Part shown: positions 34,363 to 47,832 of the stretch, piece by piece
Position numbering within the stretch: the first letter of the stretch is position 1
Layout of the letters: each line of letters starts with the position of its first letter
From: Raja brachyura
Lineage: Eukaryota
NCBI GenBank assembly: GCA_963514005.1
Contig: OY740805.1
Coordinates: 42,160,001-42,224,000, forward strand
Direction: 5' to 3'
Length of the DNA stretch: 64,000 nucleotides
Notes under the pieces: model-generated
What the model was told of the DNA's origin: nothing
What the model saw: the letters and a program-made list of their open reading frames with translations, nothing else
Databases searched by the model: none
Translations under genes and position numbers: made by a program

Positions 34363-37300
34363 TTTTACTTCGGAGTCACGTGAGTGACTACGTGAAGACC
34401 CCGCCAGCACGCATGCGTGACATATCGTCGAACGCATTGCGGAAGCGACAGTCGGGAGGAGCGCCGCTCCTCCAACGTAAGTTTGAAAAACCTACTGAAG
34501 GTAAGTCTTACCATTCTGGTGAGCGTGGCGACTCGGTGTTCTTTGTGTTTCAGCAATGGAGAAAGCACCATGGAGTCGAGGAAATCCAGGTGAGCAGCGG
34601 CAAAAACTGCTGCTGTGGAAAGCAGCCAGCGGCATGCCGTCTCTCCAGAGCTGCAGGTGCTGCCAGCAGCTCCCGACTTTTCACCGCAACAGACCGCAGG
34701 TGTGCCGCGGTCCGCCGGCAAAACCACCCGGAAGTCGGATGGGTCCGTTGACTCGGCTGGGTCCGGCTCTGAGGACACCCCATTCGCAGATAGCGACGGC
34801 GGGCATCTTTCCCGCATGGAGCAGTTGGTGGAGCAATTGCTCCAGCGTGACTTGCTTATGCAAGGGCAGAGTCACAGTGGGTCTCCTCGCAGACCCACGG
34901 CAGTACCCTATCAAGGACTGCCAAATGTCTCACCCTCTTTGCAGCGGAGCATTAGGGGTCAGAGCTGGGCTAACCCTGAAGAAGGGGCAATGGCTGAAGA
35001 GTCACCTGTGTCAGGGGTGCCAGAAGAGTTGTTGGGCATGGTTAATAAACATGCTGTACCAACCCAGAAAGGACTGCCTATACATCCAAAAGTGGTAGCC
35101 AGTATTAATTACATGGCTACAAACCAGCTGCAGGAGCAAGCCATAAACAACACGGCAGAGGAATACCTTGCTCCAGAGAACTGCATTTCTCTAAATGTGC
35201 CTGCAGTCAACAATCCCATCTGGGGCAACATGAGCCCATCTATAAGGAGCCAGGAGGTGAAACTCCAGAGAATCCTTAAACTGCTGGCTGCTGGTAGCAC
35301 AGCAGTAGCCAGAACAGCTGATGGTGTTGAGATGCCTGAAGAGCTACAAGACGCTCTAGCACTTCTGTGTAATACTCAATTTGAGATTAACAGTTACAGG
35401 AATAGCATCATCAAGCCTGCACTTAATCCCAATTTTGCGGGATTATGCAGGACTAGCAGCACACAGCCGCCAACTTTGCTGTTTGGGGACAACCTCCCGA
35501 AGCAGGTAAAAGACCTGGATGAGGACGCCAAGGCAATAGGCCTGATCAAGGTGCCAAACACCTCCAAAACCTATTATCAGCAGCGGCAGCACCCCTACAC
35601 ATCCACCAGACATCGTTACAATGAGAGACCATCTGGTGGTGAAAGCTCGAAGGCTTGCACAGCGGGCATTTTTAGACCATGGCCCAGTCCGGCCTTCCTG
35701 GAAAATGCGCCAACCCCACAACGCAGCAACACAATACACGAAGAAACGAGGGCAGAGACAACCCACACAACACCGGTAACCTTGGAGGTAGGTGGGTCTG
35801 GTTGTCCCAAAAACATTGCTGCCCAGATTCATCAAGGGTTGGTGGACGGTTGCACTTGTTTCATCATGTGTGGAACACTCTTACCTCTGATCCTTACATA
35901 CTCGGAAGTATTCAGGGTACTAATTGAATTTGTATACGAACTCCCCATCCCAGTTCAGCATACGCCCAGCCGAAAGTTCATATTTTCACAAAGAGAGAAC
36001 AGCAGGCCATGCTGAACTGTTAAGACTAAACGAAAATAGGGTAATTGAGAAGACAATCAGAATCTCAAGAGTTTGTATCAAATATTTTTACAAAAACAAA
36101 AAAGATGGCGGATGCCGCATCATTATAGATTTGACCGAACTAAATACTTCCGTTCAGTATGCCTATTACAAAATGGACACGTTTGTCACAGCCAATAGCT
36201 AATTTCTGATAGGTACTTCATGGCTTGCATCAATTTAAGGATGCATACTATTCAGTGCCAATACACAAGGATCATCGGAAATATCTAAAATTTGTCTGGA
36301 TGGGACAGCCTTGGCAGTATAAAGCCTTACCCATTGGGTTGTCATCGGCACCCAGGCTGCTTACAAAATTGTTAAAACCAGCTTTAGCATAATTAAGGAA
36401 GCATAACCATATTGCCATGGTTTACCTTGACGATATTCTCATTGTAGGTGAGAATTTGGAGATGGCTACATTGGCAGTATCAGCCACAAAACATCTTTTC
36501 AAAAGCTGGCATTAACATACATCCAGATAAATCAAAAAATGAAACCCTCCACTACCATGGATTATCTGGGGTTCACTATCGATTCTGTTCAAATGTCTAT
36601 TACCTTGCCACCAAACAAAGGGACAGACTTGACGGAAGCATGTAAAACCCTCACTGGCATCAGGGAACCATCCATTCTGCAAGTAGCCAGAGTGATTGAG
36701 AAACTAGTGGCTGCATTCCAGCAGCACAATTTGGACCACTCCATTGACAAAACCTGCAAAGAGCAAAAATTCTAGCTCTTAAAAATCATGCGGGCCATTT
36801 TGATAGGCCTATGAAACTATCAGAGAAGCTAAATTAGAATTATATTGGTGGATAGAAAATGCTCAGCATTGTTCTAACCCCATCACTATCATGAATCCCT
36901 CGGTTACATTACAGACTGATGCCAGTGCTGAAGGTTGGGGAGCAGCTAATACCACCACAAGTTGTGGTGGCAGATGGAGTGCACAAGAATTAACTCTGTT
37001 GGGAGCACTAGGGATTAATTATCTAGAAATGCTGGGAGCATTTCATGGACTCCGGGGCTACTGCTCAGATAAGCACCAGTTGCATGTACGGTTACAAATT
37101 AATAATACCACAGTGGTGGCCTATATTAATCATATGGGTGGAATAAAATTGATATCATGTGATGAATTGACTAATTACATCTGGCACTGGTGTCTGGATA
37201 GCGAGATTTGGATCTCAGCCACTTACCTTTCAGGTAAACTAAATACGGTGGCGGACACCAGGTCACGCAATTCATCAACAACATTGAATGGATGTTGGAT

Positions 37301-39035
37301 CGGGACCCGGGGCCAGCAGCGATGGATGTTTCTCACTGCATTGGGGGGATTGTTTTGCTATGCATTTCCCCCCTTCTGCCTCATCAGTCGGGTCTTACAA
37401 AAAATTAAACAAGACTCCGCAACGGGTATTTCGGGTTTCCCGACAGGCCTACCCAACCATGGTCCCCAGCAGTACTAAAGATGGCCGCAGAACACTGCAT
37501 TCGGATCCTCAAACGGCCGAGCCTGTTGGTACACCCTGTGACGGGTAAGTCATCCGTGCCATGATCGAATGAACCTATTGATTGCAGATTCTGAACAGGC
37601 CATTTCTGGACTACGGACTCTCCGACAGGACGATCAGTGTCATCACAGCGTCGTGCAGGGAGTCACCAGAGACAGAACTGACATTGTCAGAAGATGGGAA
37701 GTGTTCTGCATTAGAACAAACACTTCATATGACGGCCACCATCACTGAAGTGCTGGAGTTCTGGCCACCCTTCATTCCATGAAGGATTGAGCTACAGTGC
37801 CATTAATTTGCAAGGAGTGCCCTATCTAATTACCTGGCCCGAGGGAGTGTTCACCTGCCCATAGGATCACACCCACTGGTATCTAAACTGATGAGGGGTA
37901 TTAATTCTATTCCCCCAGGGCCAGATACACCCATACATGGGACTTAGGCATAGAATTTACTATGCTTCGAGGATGGACACCAATATCGGGGCTCACCCTG
38001 GATAACTAACATATAATATGGTTATGTTTATGGCTCTTGTAACAGCACAACGGGTCCAGTCCTTACTAAGCTAAGTATGGATGCCATGTGTTAACCAATG
38101 GCAGATAACCTTCCTGATACAGGGGTTACTCAAACTATATCGACCCAGTTCCTCTGGCCAAAAATTATCATTCTGGCCTACCCTGCAGTTAGTCGGCTCT
38201 GCATTGTGACATATATTTTGCGATATAGAAGGAACCAAGAATCTAGGGGCACGGAGAGGACTTTACCCATAAGCCACAAACGCCCTCATCATAAGGTCAC
38301 AGTGCAAGCCATTTCCAGTTGGCTAAGGGTGGTATTGGGTGCAGCGGGGATGGACACTGATGTTTTTAAATCTCACTCCACCAGGGCTGCATCCACGTCG
38401 GCGGCTAGGATGATGGGAGTCCCTATGGACCACATCCTTGCTACAGCGGGTTGGAGCAGTGAACGGACTTTCAGCACTTCTATTATAAACCCGTGGCCGC
38501 TCCTGAGACGTTGCAGGGGAAAATGTTAAGTTCTGTTACATGATTGACCCAATGTGGGGCATATCATTTTAGGTATGATTAAATACCTTCTTTGTTTTTC
38601 AGCACAGTGTCATGTCTGAAATACGTTCATCCTCCATCCCTAGCATGGCAGTGTGTGAGCATGGACTCGTTCCAGGGCATGAAATCACAGAGCTTTGAAA
38701 TCTTCACGTAGTCACTCACGTGACTCCGAAGTAAAATAGTAAGATTAAATGAGAACTTACCAGTTTGAAATTTGATCTTTATTTTATGAGGAGTTCCGGT
38801 GAGGGATTACGTGCCCTCCGCTCCCAAACCCTCTCTTATAAAGTTCAACTGGTATATAAAGTTCTCTCTTATCTTACTATGTTAGTCTACTCTGGTATCT
38901 GTGATTTCACACCACTGCTTTGAAGAATGTCGCGCATGCGTGCTGGCGGGGTCTTCACGTAATCCCTCATCGTAACTCCTCATAAAATAAAGATCAAACT
39001 TCAAACTGGTAAGTTCTCATTTAATCTTACTATTT
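34363..39035 (+). mobile_element. DIRS1-type tyrosine-recombinase retrotransposon, full structure, coding-degenerate
   Basis: Left ITR begins TTTTACTTCGGAGTCACGTG. gag-like ORF from 34615. RT motifs KKDGGCRIIIDL and YLDDILI (~36423). RNase H motifs TDASAEGWGA, INYLEMLG and NTTVVAYINHMGG. Methyltransferase remnant YAFPPF. YR motif HSTRAASTSAA...AGWSS. Internal complementary region at 38701-38812. Right ITR plus extension at 38928-39035, ending in TTT. Confidence 0.95.
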
Positions 39036-39945
39036 ATAAAGGCCAGCACACCAAAAGCTTTCTTTACCACCCTATCTACATGTGATTCCACCTTCAGGGA
39101 ACTATGCACAATTATTCCTAAATCCCTCTGTTCCACAGCATTCCTCAATAATACCTGTAGTCGACAGTACCCGTAGTCGACACCGAACCCGGGTCTCTGG
39201 CGCTGCTTTCGCTGTAAGGCAGCAACTCTACCGCTGCGCCACCGTGACACCCTAGTAACCCACAAAAAAGCAACACGTCCTTGAGATGTGGGGGGAAACC
39301 GGAGCTCCCAGAGAAAACCCACGTGGCCACGGGGNNNNNNNNNNNNNNNNNNNNNNNNNNNNNNNNNNNNNNNNNNNNNNNNNNNNNNNNNNNNNNNNNN
39401 NNNNNNNNNNNNNNNNNNNNNNNNNNNNNNNNNNNNNNNNNNNNNNNNNNNNNNNNNNNNNNNNNNNNNNGATTGTGCCTGGGTCTCTTGGGCTGTGAGG
39501 CAGTGTCTCCACTGCTGCACCACCCTGCTGCTCTCACAGAGAGAACAAGAGTTGTGATGTGTGGATTATTTGAGGAGGTAACTGAGATGAAGGCAGGGCT
39601 CTAGATGTGGTTTATATGGACTTTGGAAGGGGCTTTTGTGCTCGTTCTGCATGGTAGGCTGGTTCAAAAGGTTCATGGTGGGTGGACAGCTCTGTTGTTG
39701 GTGACAAAAGCAAATGTCGAGGGTGCCTGCTCAGCTCAGGCCCGGGAATGTTGTTTTAGTTTAGTTTAGCAAGTTTAGTTTATTGTCACGTGTACTGAGG
39801 TACAGTGAAAAACATATTTGTTGCGATCTAACCAGTCAGCGGACAGAATTGACATGATTATAATTGTGTCGTCCACAGTGTACAGATACAGGGTAAATGG
39901 AGTAACATTAAGTGCAAGGTAAAGTCCAATTAAAGATAGCCTGCA

Positions 39946-40508
39946 AGGGCCTGTCCCACCAGCATGCAACTCTATGCGATAAGCGCGATCAAACTAGAAG
40001 CGGGGGCCGCGCGGAGGTCGGGTGATCCCCTGTACAGGGCCGTTCCCACCAGCACGCGCCTGCATGTGGCAAGCGCAACCAAACCGGCAGCGAGGGCCGC
40101 GCGGAGGTCGGGTGAGTGGCGCAACGCGGCACAAAGTGAGGCGAACTTGGAGCGAAGTCTTAAAGGTAAGTTCGCCAGGACACAGAGGGGCACAGAGGCA
40201 CACACACACAGAGGGCCACGGAGCCACACACATGGAGGGTCACTGAGGCACTTACAAATAGGTTCACTGAGGCACGATGTCGGGGCAGCGTGTAAATGTC
40301 GAGGCGACCGCGAGCCGACAAGCCGTTGCCGCGCGGAATTTTTGAACATGGTCAGTTTTTTGGAGCCCTGCGCGGTGTCGGGACGAACTCCGCACAATTC
40401 CGCGCGGCTCCGGCGATCGAAGTGGGACCGGCCCCGCGACGCCGGACGGCTCAAGCGACCACGTTAGGTCACGCTAATCGCATAGAGTTGCATGCTGGTG
40501 GGACAGGC
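39946..40508. mobile_element. PIF/Harbinger-like MITE (mirror of 55052-55630)
   Basis: TIR AGGGCCTGTCCCACCAGCATGCAACTCTATGCGAT. The right TIR is slightly truncated in this copy. Confidence 0.85.
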
Positions 40509-40715
40509 TGAGGGTCTTCAATGAGGTGGATGGGAGGTCAGGACCGCTCTGTTGTTGGTGAGAGGACGGTTCAATTGCCTGATAGCAGCCAGTAAAGAAA
40601 CTGTCCCTGGATCTGGAGGTGTGTGTTTTCACAATTCTGTACCTCCAGCCTGATGGGAGAGGGGAGAAGAGGGAGTGACCGGGGTGAGACCGGTTCTTGA
40701 TTATCCTGTTGGCCT

Positions 40716-41185
40716 TGCTGGGGCAGCATGAAGTGTAGATGGAGTTGATGGAAGGGATATTGCATAATGGTCTGGGCTGCTGGCTTTGCTGGGGCAGTGT
40801 GAAGTGTAGATGGAAGGGATATTGCATGATGGTCTGGGCTGCTGGCCTTGCTGGGGCAGCGTGAAGTGTGGATGGAGTTGATGGAAGGGATATTGCATGA
40901 TGGTCTGGGCTGCTAGCCTTGCTGGGGCAGCATGAAGTGTAGATGGAGTTGATGGAAGGGGTATTGCATGATGGTCTGGGCTGCTGGCCTTGCTGGGGCA
41001 GTGTGAAGTGTTGATGGAAGGGATATTGCATGATGGTCTGGGCTGCTGGCCTTGCTGGGGCAGTGTGAAGTGTAGATGGAGTTGATGGAAGGGATATTGC
41101 ATAATGGTCTGGGCTGCTGGCCTTGCTGGGGCAGTGTGAAGTGTAGATGGAGTTGATGGAAGGGATATTGCATAATGGTCTGGGA
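40716..41185. repeat. ~67-bp tandem amplification inside a Rex1/L2 3' fragment (~7 units; ~3 units at 54640-54850)
   Basis: Unit GGCCTTGCTGGGGCAGTGTGAAGTGTAGATGGAGTTGATGGAAGGGATATTGCATGATGGTCTGGGCTGCT. Confidence 0.88.
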
Positions 41186-41326
41186 TGCATCCACCATTCT
41201 CTGCAGTTTCTTGCTGCCTTGGATTAAGCTGTTACCAAACCATGCTGTGATGCACAACGATAAGATGCTTCCAACGGAACATCTCTGCAAGTTGGTGAGT
41301 GTTGATGGGGACATGTGAAACCTCCT

Positions 41327-41727
41327 GGCCTGTCCCACTTGGGTGATTTCTCGGCAACTGCCGGTGACTGTCATAGTCGTAGCAGGTTGCCGAAAAACCG
41401 GCGACTGGACTAATGGGCCTGTCCCTTGGGCGATGTTTTTTAGGCGGCTGCCGGCGAATATCACATTGAAATTCGCCAAAGTCAGCACCAGCGACAACCA
41501 ACGTCACCCGGCGACACCCTACAACAGCACCTACGTCAAACTACGCTCATTTGCCGTCAAACCCAAGGTCGCCTCTGTGTCGCCGAAAAACATTCAACAT
41601 GTTGAAAATTTTTCGGTGACCAGGAAGACGCTATGACTCTTTGGGCGACTGAAGGTACAGGTGACACCCCGGCGAGCGCATAGTCTCCTGTAGTCACCTA
41701 AAAAGTGGTCTAAGTGGGACAGGCCCA
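41327..41727. mobile_element. Second Harbinger-like MITE (mirror at ~54100-54500)
   Basis: TIRs GGGCCTGTCCC(ACTT) / (AAGT)GGGACAGGCCC. The inner unit 41414-41727 is flanked by TAA/TAA. Confidence 0.75.
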
Positions 41728-41732
41728 TAAGG

Positions 41733-42625
41733 AAGGTGTGCTTTCATGGTCGTTGCTTCAACATGCTCATTGCTTCAACAAGGTGTGCTTTCATGGTCGT
41801 TGCTTCAACAAGGTCACTGCTTCAACAAGGTGCGCTTTCTTGGTCGTTGCTTCAACATGGTCGCTGCTTCAACAAGGTGTGCTTTCTTGGTCGTTGCTTC
41901 GACATGGTCGCTGCTTCAACAAGGTGCGCTTTCTTGGTCGTTGCTTCAACATGGTCGCTGCTTCAACAAGGTGAGCTTTCTTGGTCGTTGCTTCAACATG
42001 GTCATTGCTTCAACAAGGTGTGCTTTCTTGGTCGCTGCTTCAACAAGGTGTGCTTTCATGGTCGTTGCTTCAACATGCTCGTTGCTTCAACAAGGTGTGC
42101 TTCCATGGTCGTTGCTTCAACATGGTCACTGCTTCAACAAGGTGCGCTTTCTTGGTCGTTGCTTCAACAAGGTGTGCTTTCATGGTCGTTGCTTCAACAT
42201 GGTCGCTGCTTCAACAAGGTGTGCTTTCCTGGTCGTTGCTTCAACATGGTCGCTGCTTCAACAAGGTGTGCTTTCTTGGTCGTTGCTTCAACATGGTCGC
42301 TGCTTCAACAAGGTGTGCTTTCTTGGTCGCTGCTTCAACAAGATGTGCTTTCTTGGTCGTTGCTTCAACATGGTCGCTGCTTCAACAAGGTGTGCTTTCA
42401 TGGTCGTTGCTTCAACATGGTCGTTGCTTCAACAAGGTGTGCTTTCTTGGTCGTTGCTTCAACATGGTCGCTGCTTCAACAAGGTGTGCTTTCTTGGTCG
42501 TTGCTTCAACATGGTCGTTGCTTCAACATGGTCGCTGCTTCAACAAGGTGTACTTTCTTGGTCGTTGCTTCAACATGGTCGTTGCTTCAACAAGGTGCGC
42601 TTTCTTGGTCGTTGCTTCAACATGG
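41733..42625. repeat. Compound minisatellite of 13-bp and 17-bp monomers (~0.9 kb)
   Basis: GGTGYGCTTTCWT and GGTCGYTGCTTCAACAW arranged as 30- and 47-bp higher-order units. Confidence 0.95.
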
Positions 42626-42769
42626 CTGGTTCTGGACAAGTTGGTGATGATATTTACTCCTAGGAGCTTGAAGCGTTCAACCACCAATGCAAACTGGGGT
42701 ATGTGAACCGCTTCACTTCCTGAAGTTGATCACTAACTCCTTTGTCTTGCTGACATTGAGGGCGAGACG

Positions 42770-44285
42770 GACAAATAGGTGCAGGAGTTGGTTATTCGGC
42801 CCTTCAAGTCAACACCGCCATTCAATATGATCACGGCTGATCATCCGTACCCCATTCCTGCTTTTCCCCATATCCCATGATGCCTTTAGCCCAAAGAGCT
42901 AAATCTAACTTGCTTTTGAAAACATCCAGTGAATTGGCCTCCACTGCATTCTGTGGCCGAGAATTCCACAGATTCACAACTGTCTGGGTGAAGTTTTCCC
43001 TCATCTCAGTCCTACCCCTTATCCTTAAATTGTGTTACCCATGGTTCTGGACTCTCCCAACATTGGGAACATTTTTCCTGCATCTGGCCTGTCCAATCCT
43101 GCATGATTTTATTAATGTTTCAATGAGATCCCCTCTCATCCTTCTATATTCCAGTGAATACAAGCCGAGTCGAGCCATTCTTTCATCATATGACAGTCCC
43201 GCCATCCCGGGAATTAACCCAGTGAACCTACGCTGCACTCCCTCAATTGCAAGAACGTCCTTCCTCAAATTAGGACACCGGGTTACGAGATTCTCAATCT
43301 CGTCATTAACTGATATCCGGCATACAATGGTGGTGTCGTCTGCGAATTTGTAAATGGAATTAGATCTGTACGTGGCTGAACGGTCGTGGGTGTACAAGGA
43401 GTGAGGAGGGGGGCTGAGAAGCAGTGCGGAGGATTATCGTAGAGGATGATTTGTCCCTCATCCTCACTGATTGGGGTCTGTAGGTCAGGAAGTCGAGAAT
43501 CCAGTTGCAGAGTCGAGTGCTGACTCCAAGTTCCACGAGTTTGGCAATGAGCACGGAGTGTACAATGGTATGAAAGACAGAGGTGTGGTCCATGAATAGA
43601 AGTCTGATGTAGGTGTCTCTCTTCTCCAGGTGTTCTAGGCATGAGTGTAGGCCCAAGGAGATAGCATTGTGGTGGTAGGCGCTGGGTAGACTGGATGTTC
43701 CATAACCATAAAGGTACAAGGCATTGGTGAGACCAATTCTGGAGTATGGTGTACAATTTTGGTCGCCTAATTACAGGAAGGATGTCAACAAAATAGAGAG
43801 AGTACAGAGGAGATTTACTAGAACGTTGCCTGGGTTCCAGCAACTAAGTTACAGAGAAAGGTTGAACAAGTTAGGTCTTTATTCTTTGGAGCGCAGAAGG
43901 TTAAGGGGGGACTTGATTGAGTTCTTTAAAATGATGAAAGGGATAGACAGAGTTGACGTGGATAAGCTTTTCCCATTGAGGGTAGGGACGATTCAAACAA
44001 GAGGGCATGACATGAGAATTAAGGGACAGAAGTTTAGGGGTAACTTGATGGGGATCTTCTTTACTCAGAGAGTGGTGGCTGTGTGGAATGATCTTCCAGC
44101 AGAAGTGGTGGAGGCAGGATCGATTTTAACATTAAAAAGTAAAGTGGATAGGTATATGGACGGGAAGGGAATGGAGGGGTATGGTCTGAGTGCAGGTAGA
44201 TGGGACTAGGGGAAAATAAATGGTTCGGCACGGACTGGAAGGGCCGAGAAGGCCTGTTTCCGTGCTGTAAATGTTATATGGTTAC
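42770..44285. mobile_element. Patchwork of CR1 (-), Rex1 (-) and CR1 (+) fragments (mirror at 50891-52360)
   Basis: ORFs 43035-43397, 43360-43719 and 43724-44209. The chimeric junctions are identical in both arms. Confidence 0.85.
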
Positions 44286-44955
44286 ATGTCTGTACAGCGT
44301 TTGTTTGTTCTCCCCATGATCCACTTAGGTTTCCCCGATATCTTCGGTTTCCTCCCCCTCTCCAAAGACGTGCAGATTTGTAGGTTAATTGGATTGGTAA
44401 ATGTAAGAATTGGCCCTCGTGGGTGTAGGATAGGTAATTGTTATATGGTTATAAAGGTCTGGGCTTTATGTTAGACCTTTGGGCAGCACTTGGAGTATTG
44501 TACAGTTCTGGTCATTACTTGTATTTAGTTTAGAGATACAGCACAGAAACAGGCCCTTCAGCCCACCGGGTCCGTGCCGGCCAGCGATCCCCGCACACTA
44601 ACACTATCCTGCACCCACTGGGGACTATTTTTACAATTACCAAAGCCAATAGTTAATTTTTACCAAAAAAATTCCAATCTTTACAAAGCCAATTACCCTG
44701 CAGACCTGCAAGTCTTTGGAGTGCGGGTGGAAACCGAGGATCTCGGGGAAAACCCAGGCAGGTCACGGGGAGAACGTGCGTGCAGACAGGACCCGTAGTG
44801 GGGATGGAACCCGGATCCCCGGCGCTGCATTCGCTGTAAGGTGACAACGCTACCGCTGCGCCACCGCGACCACCCTCTGCGGGAATCTTGTATTCGCCCT
44901 GCGGAGAGTGCGGAGGAGATTCACCAGCACCTTCAATGATGGGGAGAGACTGGAC

Positions 44956-45845
44956 GGCACGGTGGCGCAGCGGTAGAGTTGCTGCCTTACAGCACCAGAC
45001 AACCCGGGGTTCGATTCTGACTACGGGTGCTGTCTGTACGGAGTGTGCACGTTCTCCCTGTGACCTGCGTGGGTTTTCTACGGGTGCTCCGGTTTCCTCC
45101 CACACACCAAAGACGTGCAGGTTTGTAGGTTAATTGGCTTTGGCAAAAATGGTAACTTGTTTTAACCATATAACCATTACAGCACGGAAACAGGCCTTCT
45201 CGGCCCTTCCAGTCCGTGCCGAACATTTATTTTCCTCTAGTCCCATCTACCTGCACTTAGACCACACCCCTCCATTCCCTTCCCGTCCATATACCTATCC
45301 ACTTTACTTTTAAATGTGAAAATCGATCCTGCCTCCACCACTTCTGCAGGAAGATCATTCCACACAGCCACCACTCTCTGAGTAAAGAAGATCCCCCTCA
45401 TGTTACCCCTAAACTTCTGTCCCTTAATTCTCATGTCATGCCCTCTTGTTTGAATCTTCCCTACCCTCAATGGGAAAAGCTTATCCACGTCAACTCTGTC
45501 TATCCCTTTCATCATTTTAAAGACCTCAATCAAGTCCCCCCTCAACCTTCTGCGCTCCAAAGAATAAAGACCCAACTTGTTCAACCTTTCTCTGTAACTT
45601 AGTTCCTGGAACCCAGGCAACATTCTAGTAAACCTCCTCTGTACTCTCTCTATTTTGTTGACATCCTTCCTATAATTAGGCGACCAAAATTGTACACCAT
45701 ACTCCAGAATTGGTCTCACCAATGCCTTGTACAATTTTAATTGTGTTGGATAGCGTTAGCGTGTGTGGGGATCGCTGGTCGGTCGGCACAGACTCGATGG
45801 GCCGAAGGGCCTGTTTCCCTACTGTATCTCTGAACTAAACTAAGA
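44956..45845 (+). mobile_element. HE1-like V-SINE interrupted by a CR1 3' fragment (45168-45740, minus strand); an inverted SINE copy lies at ~44530-44866
   Basis: GGCACGGTGGCGCAGCGGTAG (A box), GGTTCGATTC (B box), V-domain and CR1-like tail GGGCCGAAGGGCCTGTTTCC. Confidence 0.8.
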
Positions 45846-46842
45846 CGGGGCTAGGCTTGTTCCTCTCTGGAGAGGAGGCCGATGACATTATGAGAGGCAG
45901 AGATAGGGTAGGATGTCAGAACCTTTTCCCCATGACACAGGGATGGAGACACAGAAACAAGGATGGAGAGGAGCGAGCGTTACGTCCTGGGCTATACTTA
46001 AGCTATATTTAAGAGGGAGTTAGATGTGGCCCTTGTGGCTAAGGGGATCAGAGGGTATGGAGAGAGGGCAGGTACGGGATACTGGGTTGGATGATCAGCC
46101 ATGATCATATTGAATGGCGGTGCAGGCTCGAAGGGCCGAATGTCCTACTCCTGCACCTAATTTCTATGTTTCTATGGGCCCCAGTGGAATCAGACATCAC
46201 TGTGTCTGAGAGAGATTTGGACGGGCGGTTAAGCCGGCACGATACGGCACACACGGATACAAAGTGGGCGACATGATAAGCTAGTTATCAGATGCCACTG
46301 AAGTGGATAGTATTGTAGGTAGAGAATGTTATTAAAAATCACAGGGCAAGTGGGCTGACGAATGGTTGAAGGAATTTAACGGAGATAAGTGCGAGGAAGG
46401 GGAGGCCCGGGATCTGGGGAACAAGCTGGGCGCGACGGGGCTTGGAAGGGTTCAGAAAAGATTTACAAGGATGGTGCCAGGACCAGAGGGTGCGAGCTAC
46501 AGGGAGAGGCTGAGTAGACTGGGTCTTGATTCCTTGGAGCGCAGGAGGATGAGGGGTGATCTTATAGAGGTGTACAAAATCATGAGAGGAATAGATCGGG
46601 TAGAGGCACAGAGTCTTTTACCCAGAGTAGGGGAATCGAGGACCAGAGGACATGGGTTCAGGGTGAAGGGGAAAAGATTTAATAGGAATCTGAGGGGTAG
46701 CGTATTTCACACAGAGGGTGGTGGGTGTATAGAACACACTGCCGGAGGAGGTAGTTGATGCTGGGACTATCCCATCCTTTAAGAAACATTTGGACAGGTA
46801 CATGGATAGGAGACGCTTGGAGGGATATAGTCCAAAGGTGGG

Positions 46843-47140
46843 ACTAGTGTAGATGGCACATTGTTGGCCGGTGTGGGCAAGTTGGGCCGAAGGGCCTGTT
46901 TCCATGCTGTATCACTCTGTGACTAGTGTAGATGGGGCATGTTGGCTAGTGTGGGCAAGTTGGGCCGAAGGGCCTGTTTCCATGCTGTATCACTCTGTGA
47001 CTAGTGTAGCTGGGGCATTGTTGGCCGGTGTGGGCAAGTTGGGCCGAAGGGCCTGTTTCCATGCTGTATCACTCTATGACTAGTGTAGATGGGGCATGTT
47101 GTGCTGAAGGGCCTGTTTCCCCGCTGTGTCACTCTGTGAC
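46843..47140. repeat. ~78-bp tandem repeat (x~4) of a CR1 3' tail
   Basis: Unit ACTAGTGTAGATGGGGCATGTTGG...GGGCCGAAGGGCCTGTTTCCATGCTGTATCACTCTGTG. Confidence 0.85.
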
Positions 47141-47329
47141 TGGGCACTGCTGGCGGGAGGGAGAGGGTTGTGGTCTCCATTGGCGGGGGGGGGGGGATCC
47201 CGGGCTGAGGCCGGGATGGGGGGGGGGGGATTAGGGCGCGGGTGGCAGTCAGAGCAGATATCAGATCGAATGGCAGATGGTGTCTCCACACGGGGCAATA
47301 GGGCAGGGGTTTCACTATCACCCCCTCGG

Positions 47330-47832
47330 GCCCCTTCACCCTCTCCCCGTCTCCGTAACCCCCCCCCCCCTCACTCTCTCCCCGTCTCCGTAACCCCCCC
47401 TTCACCCTCTCCCCGTCTCCGTAACCCCCCCTTCACCCTCTCCCCGTCTCCGTAACCCCCCCCTCCCCTTCACACTCTCCCCGTCTCTGTAACCCCCCCC
47501 CCTTCACCCTCTCCCTGTCTCTGTAACCCCCCCCCTTCACCCTCTCCCCGTCTCCGTAACCCCCCCCTTCACCCTCTCCCCGTCTCTGTAACCCCCCTCC
47601 TTCACCCTCTCCCCGTCTCTGTAACCCCCCCCCCCTTCACCCTCTCCCCGTCTCCGTAACCCCCCCTCACCCTCTCCCCGTCTCCGTAACCCCCTCCTTC
47701 ACCCTCTCCCCGTCTCCGTAACCCCCTCGGGCCCCTTCACCCTCTCTCCGTCTCTGTAACCCCCCCCCTCCCCCCCTTCACACTCTCCCCGTCTCTGTAA
47801 CCCTCCCCCCCTTCACCCTCTCCCCGTCTCTG
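47330..47832. repeat. ~30-bp C-rich minisatellite
   Basis: Unit CCCTTCACCCTCTCCCCGTCTC(C/T)GTAAC(C)n, about 15 copies. Confidence 0.92.

Larger units (their letters stand above)
30112..47238 (+). repeat. Left arm of a large inverted segmental duplication
   Basis: Collinear reverse-complement match to 50294-63099, including unique DNA and TE-TE junctions. Confidence 0.93.

Noticed and set aside
41714-42706. ORFs of 241-305 aa here and up to 555 aa at 52406-54112
   Set aside because: They are translations of a stop-free 13/17-bp minisatellite open in all three frames, with no unique coding flanks.
44956-45030. tRNA-like A/B boxes (also near 11845, 19817, 39170-39250 and 56340)
   Set aside because: They are SINE heads followed by the V-SINE body and do not form a full cloverleaf.
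43715-45740. Local 2-kb palindrome of CR1-SINE / SINE-CR1
   Set aside because: The second CR1 sits inside a SINE and the junctions are not mirrored; independent insertions of abundant families explain it.
33395-47238. Expected B30.2 (PRY/SPRY) exon of the BTN gene
   Set aside because: No LDPxTAH, WEVEV or IGVFLDYE-type motifs were found in the ORF track or by eye.
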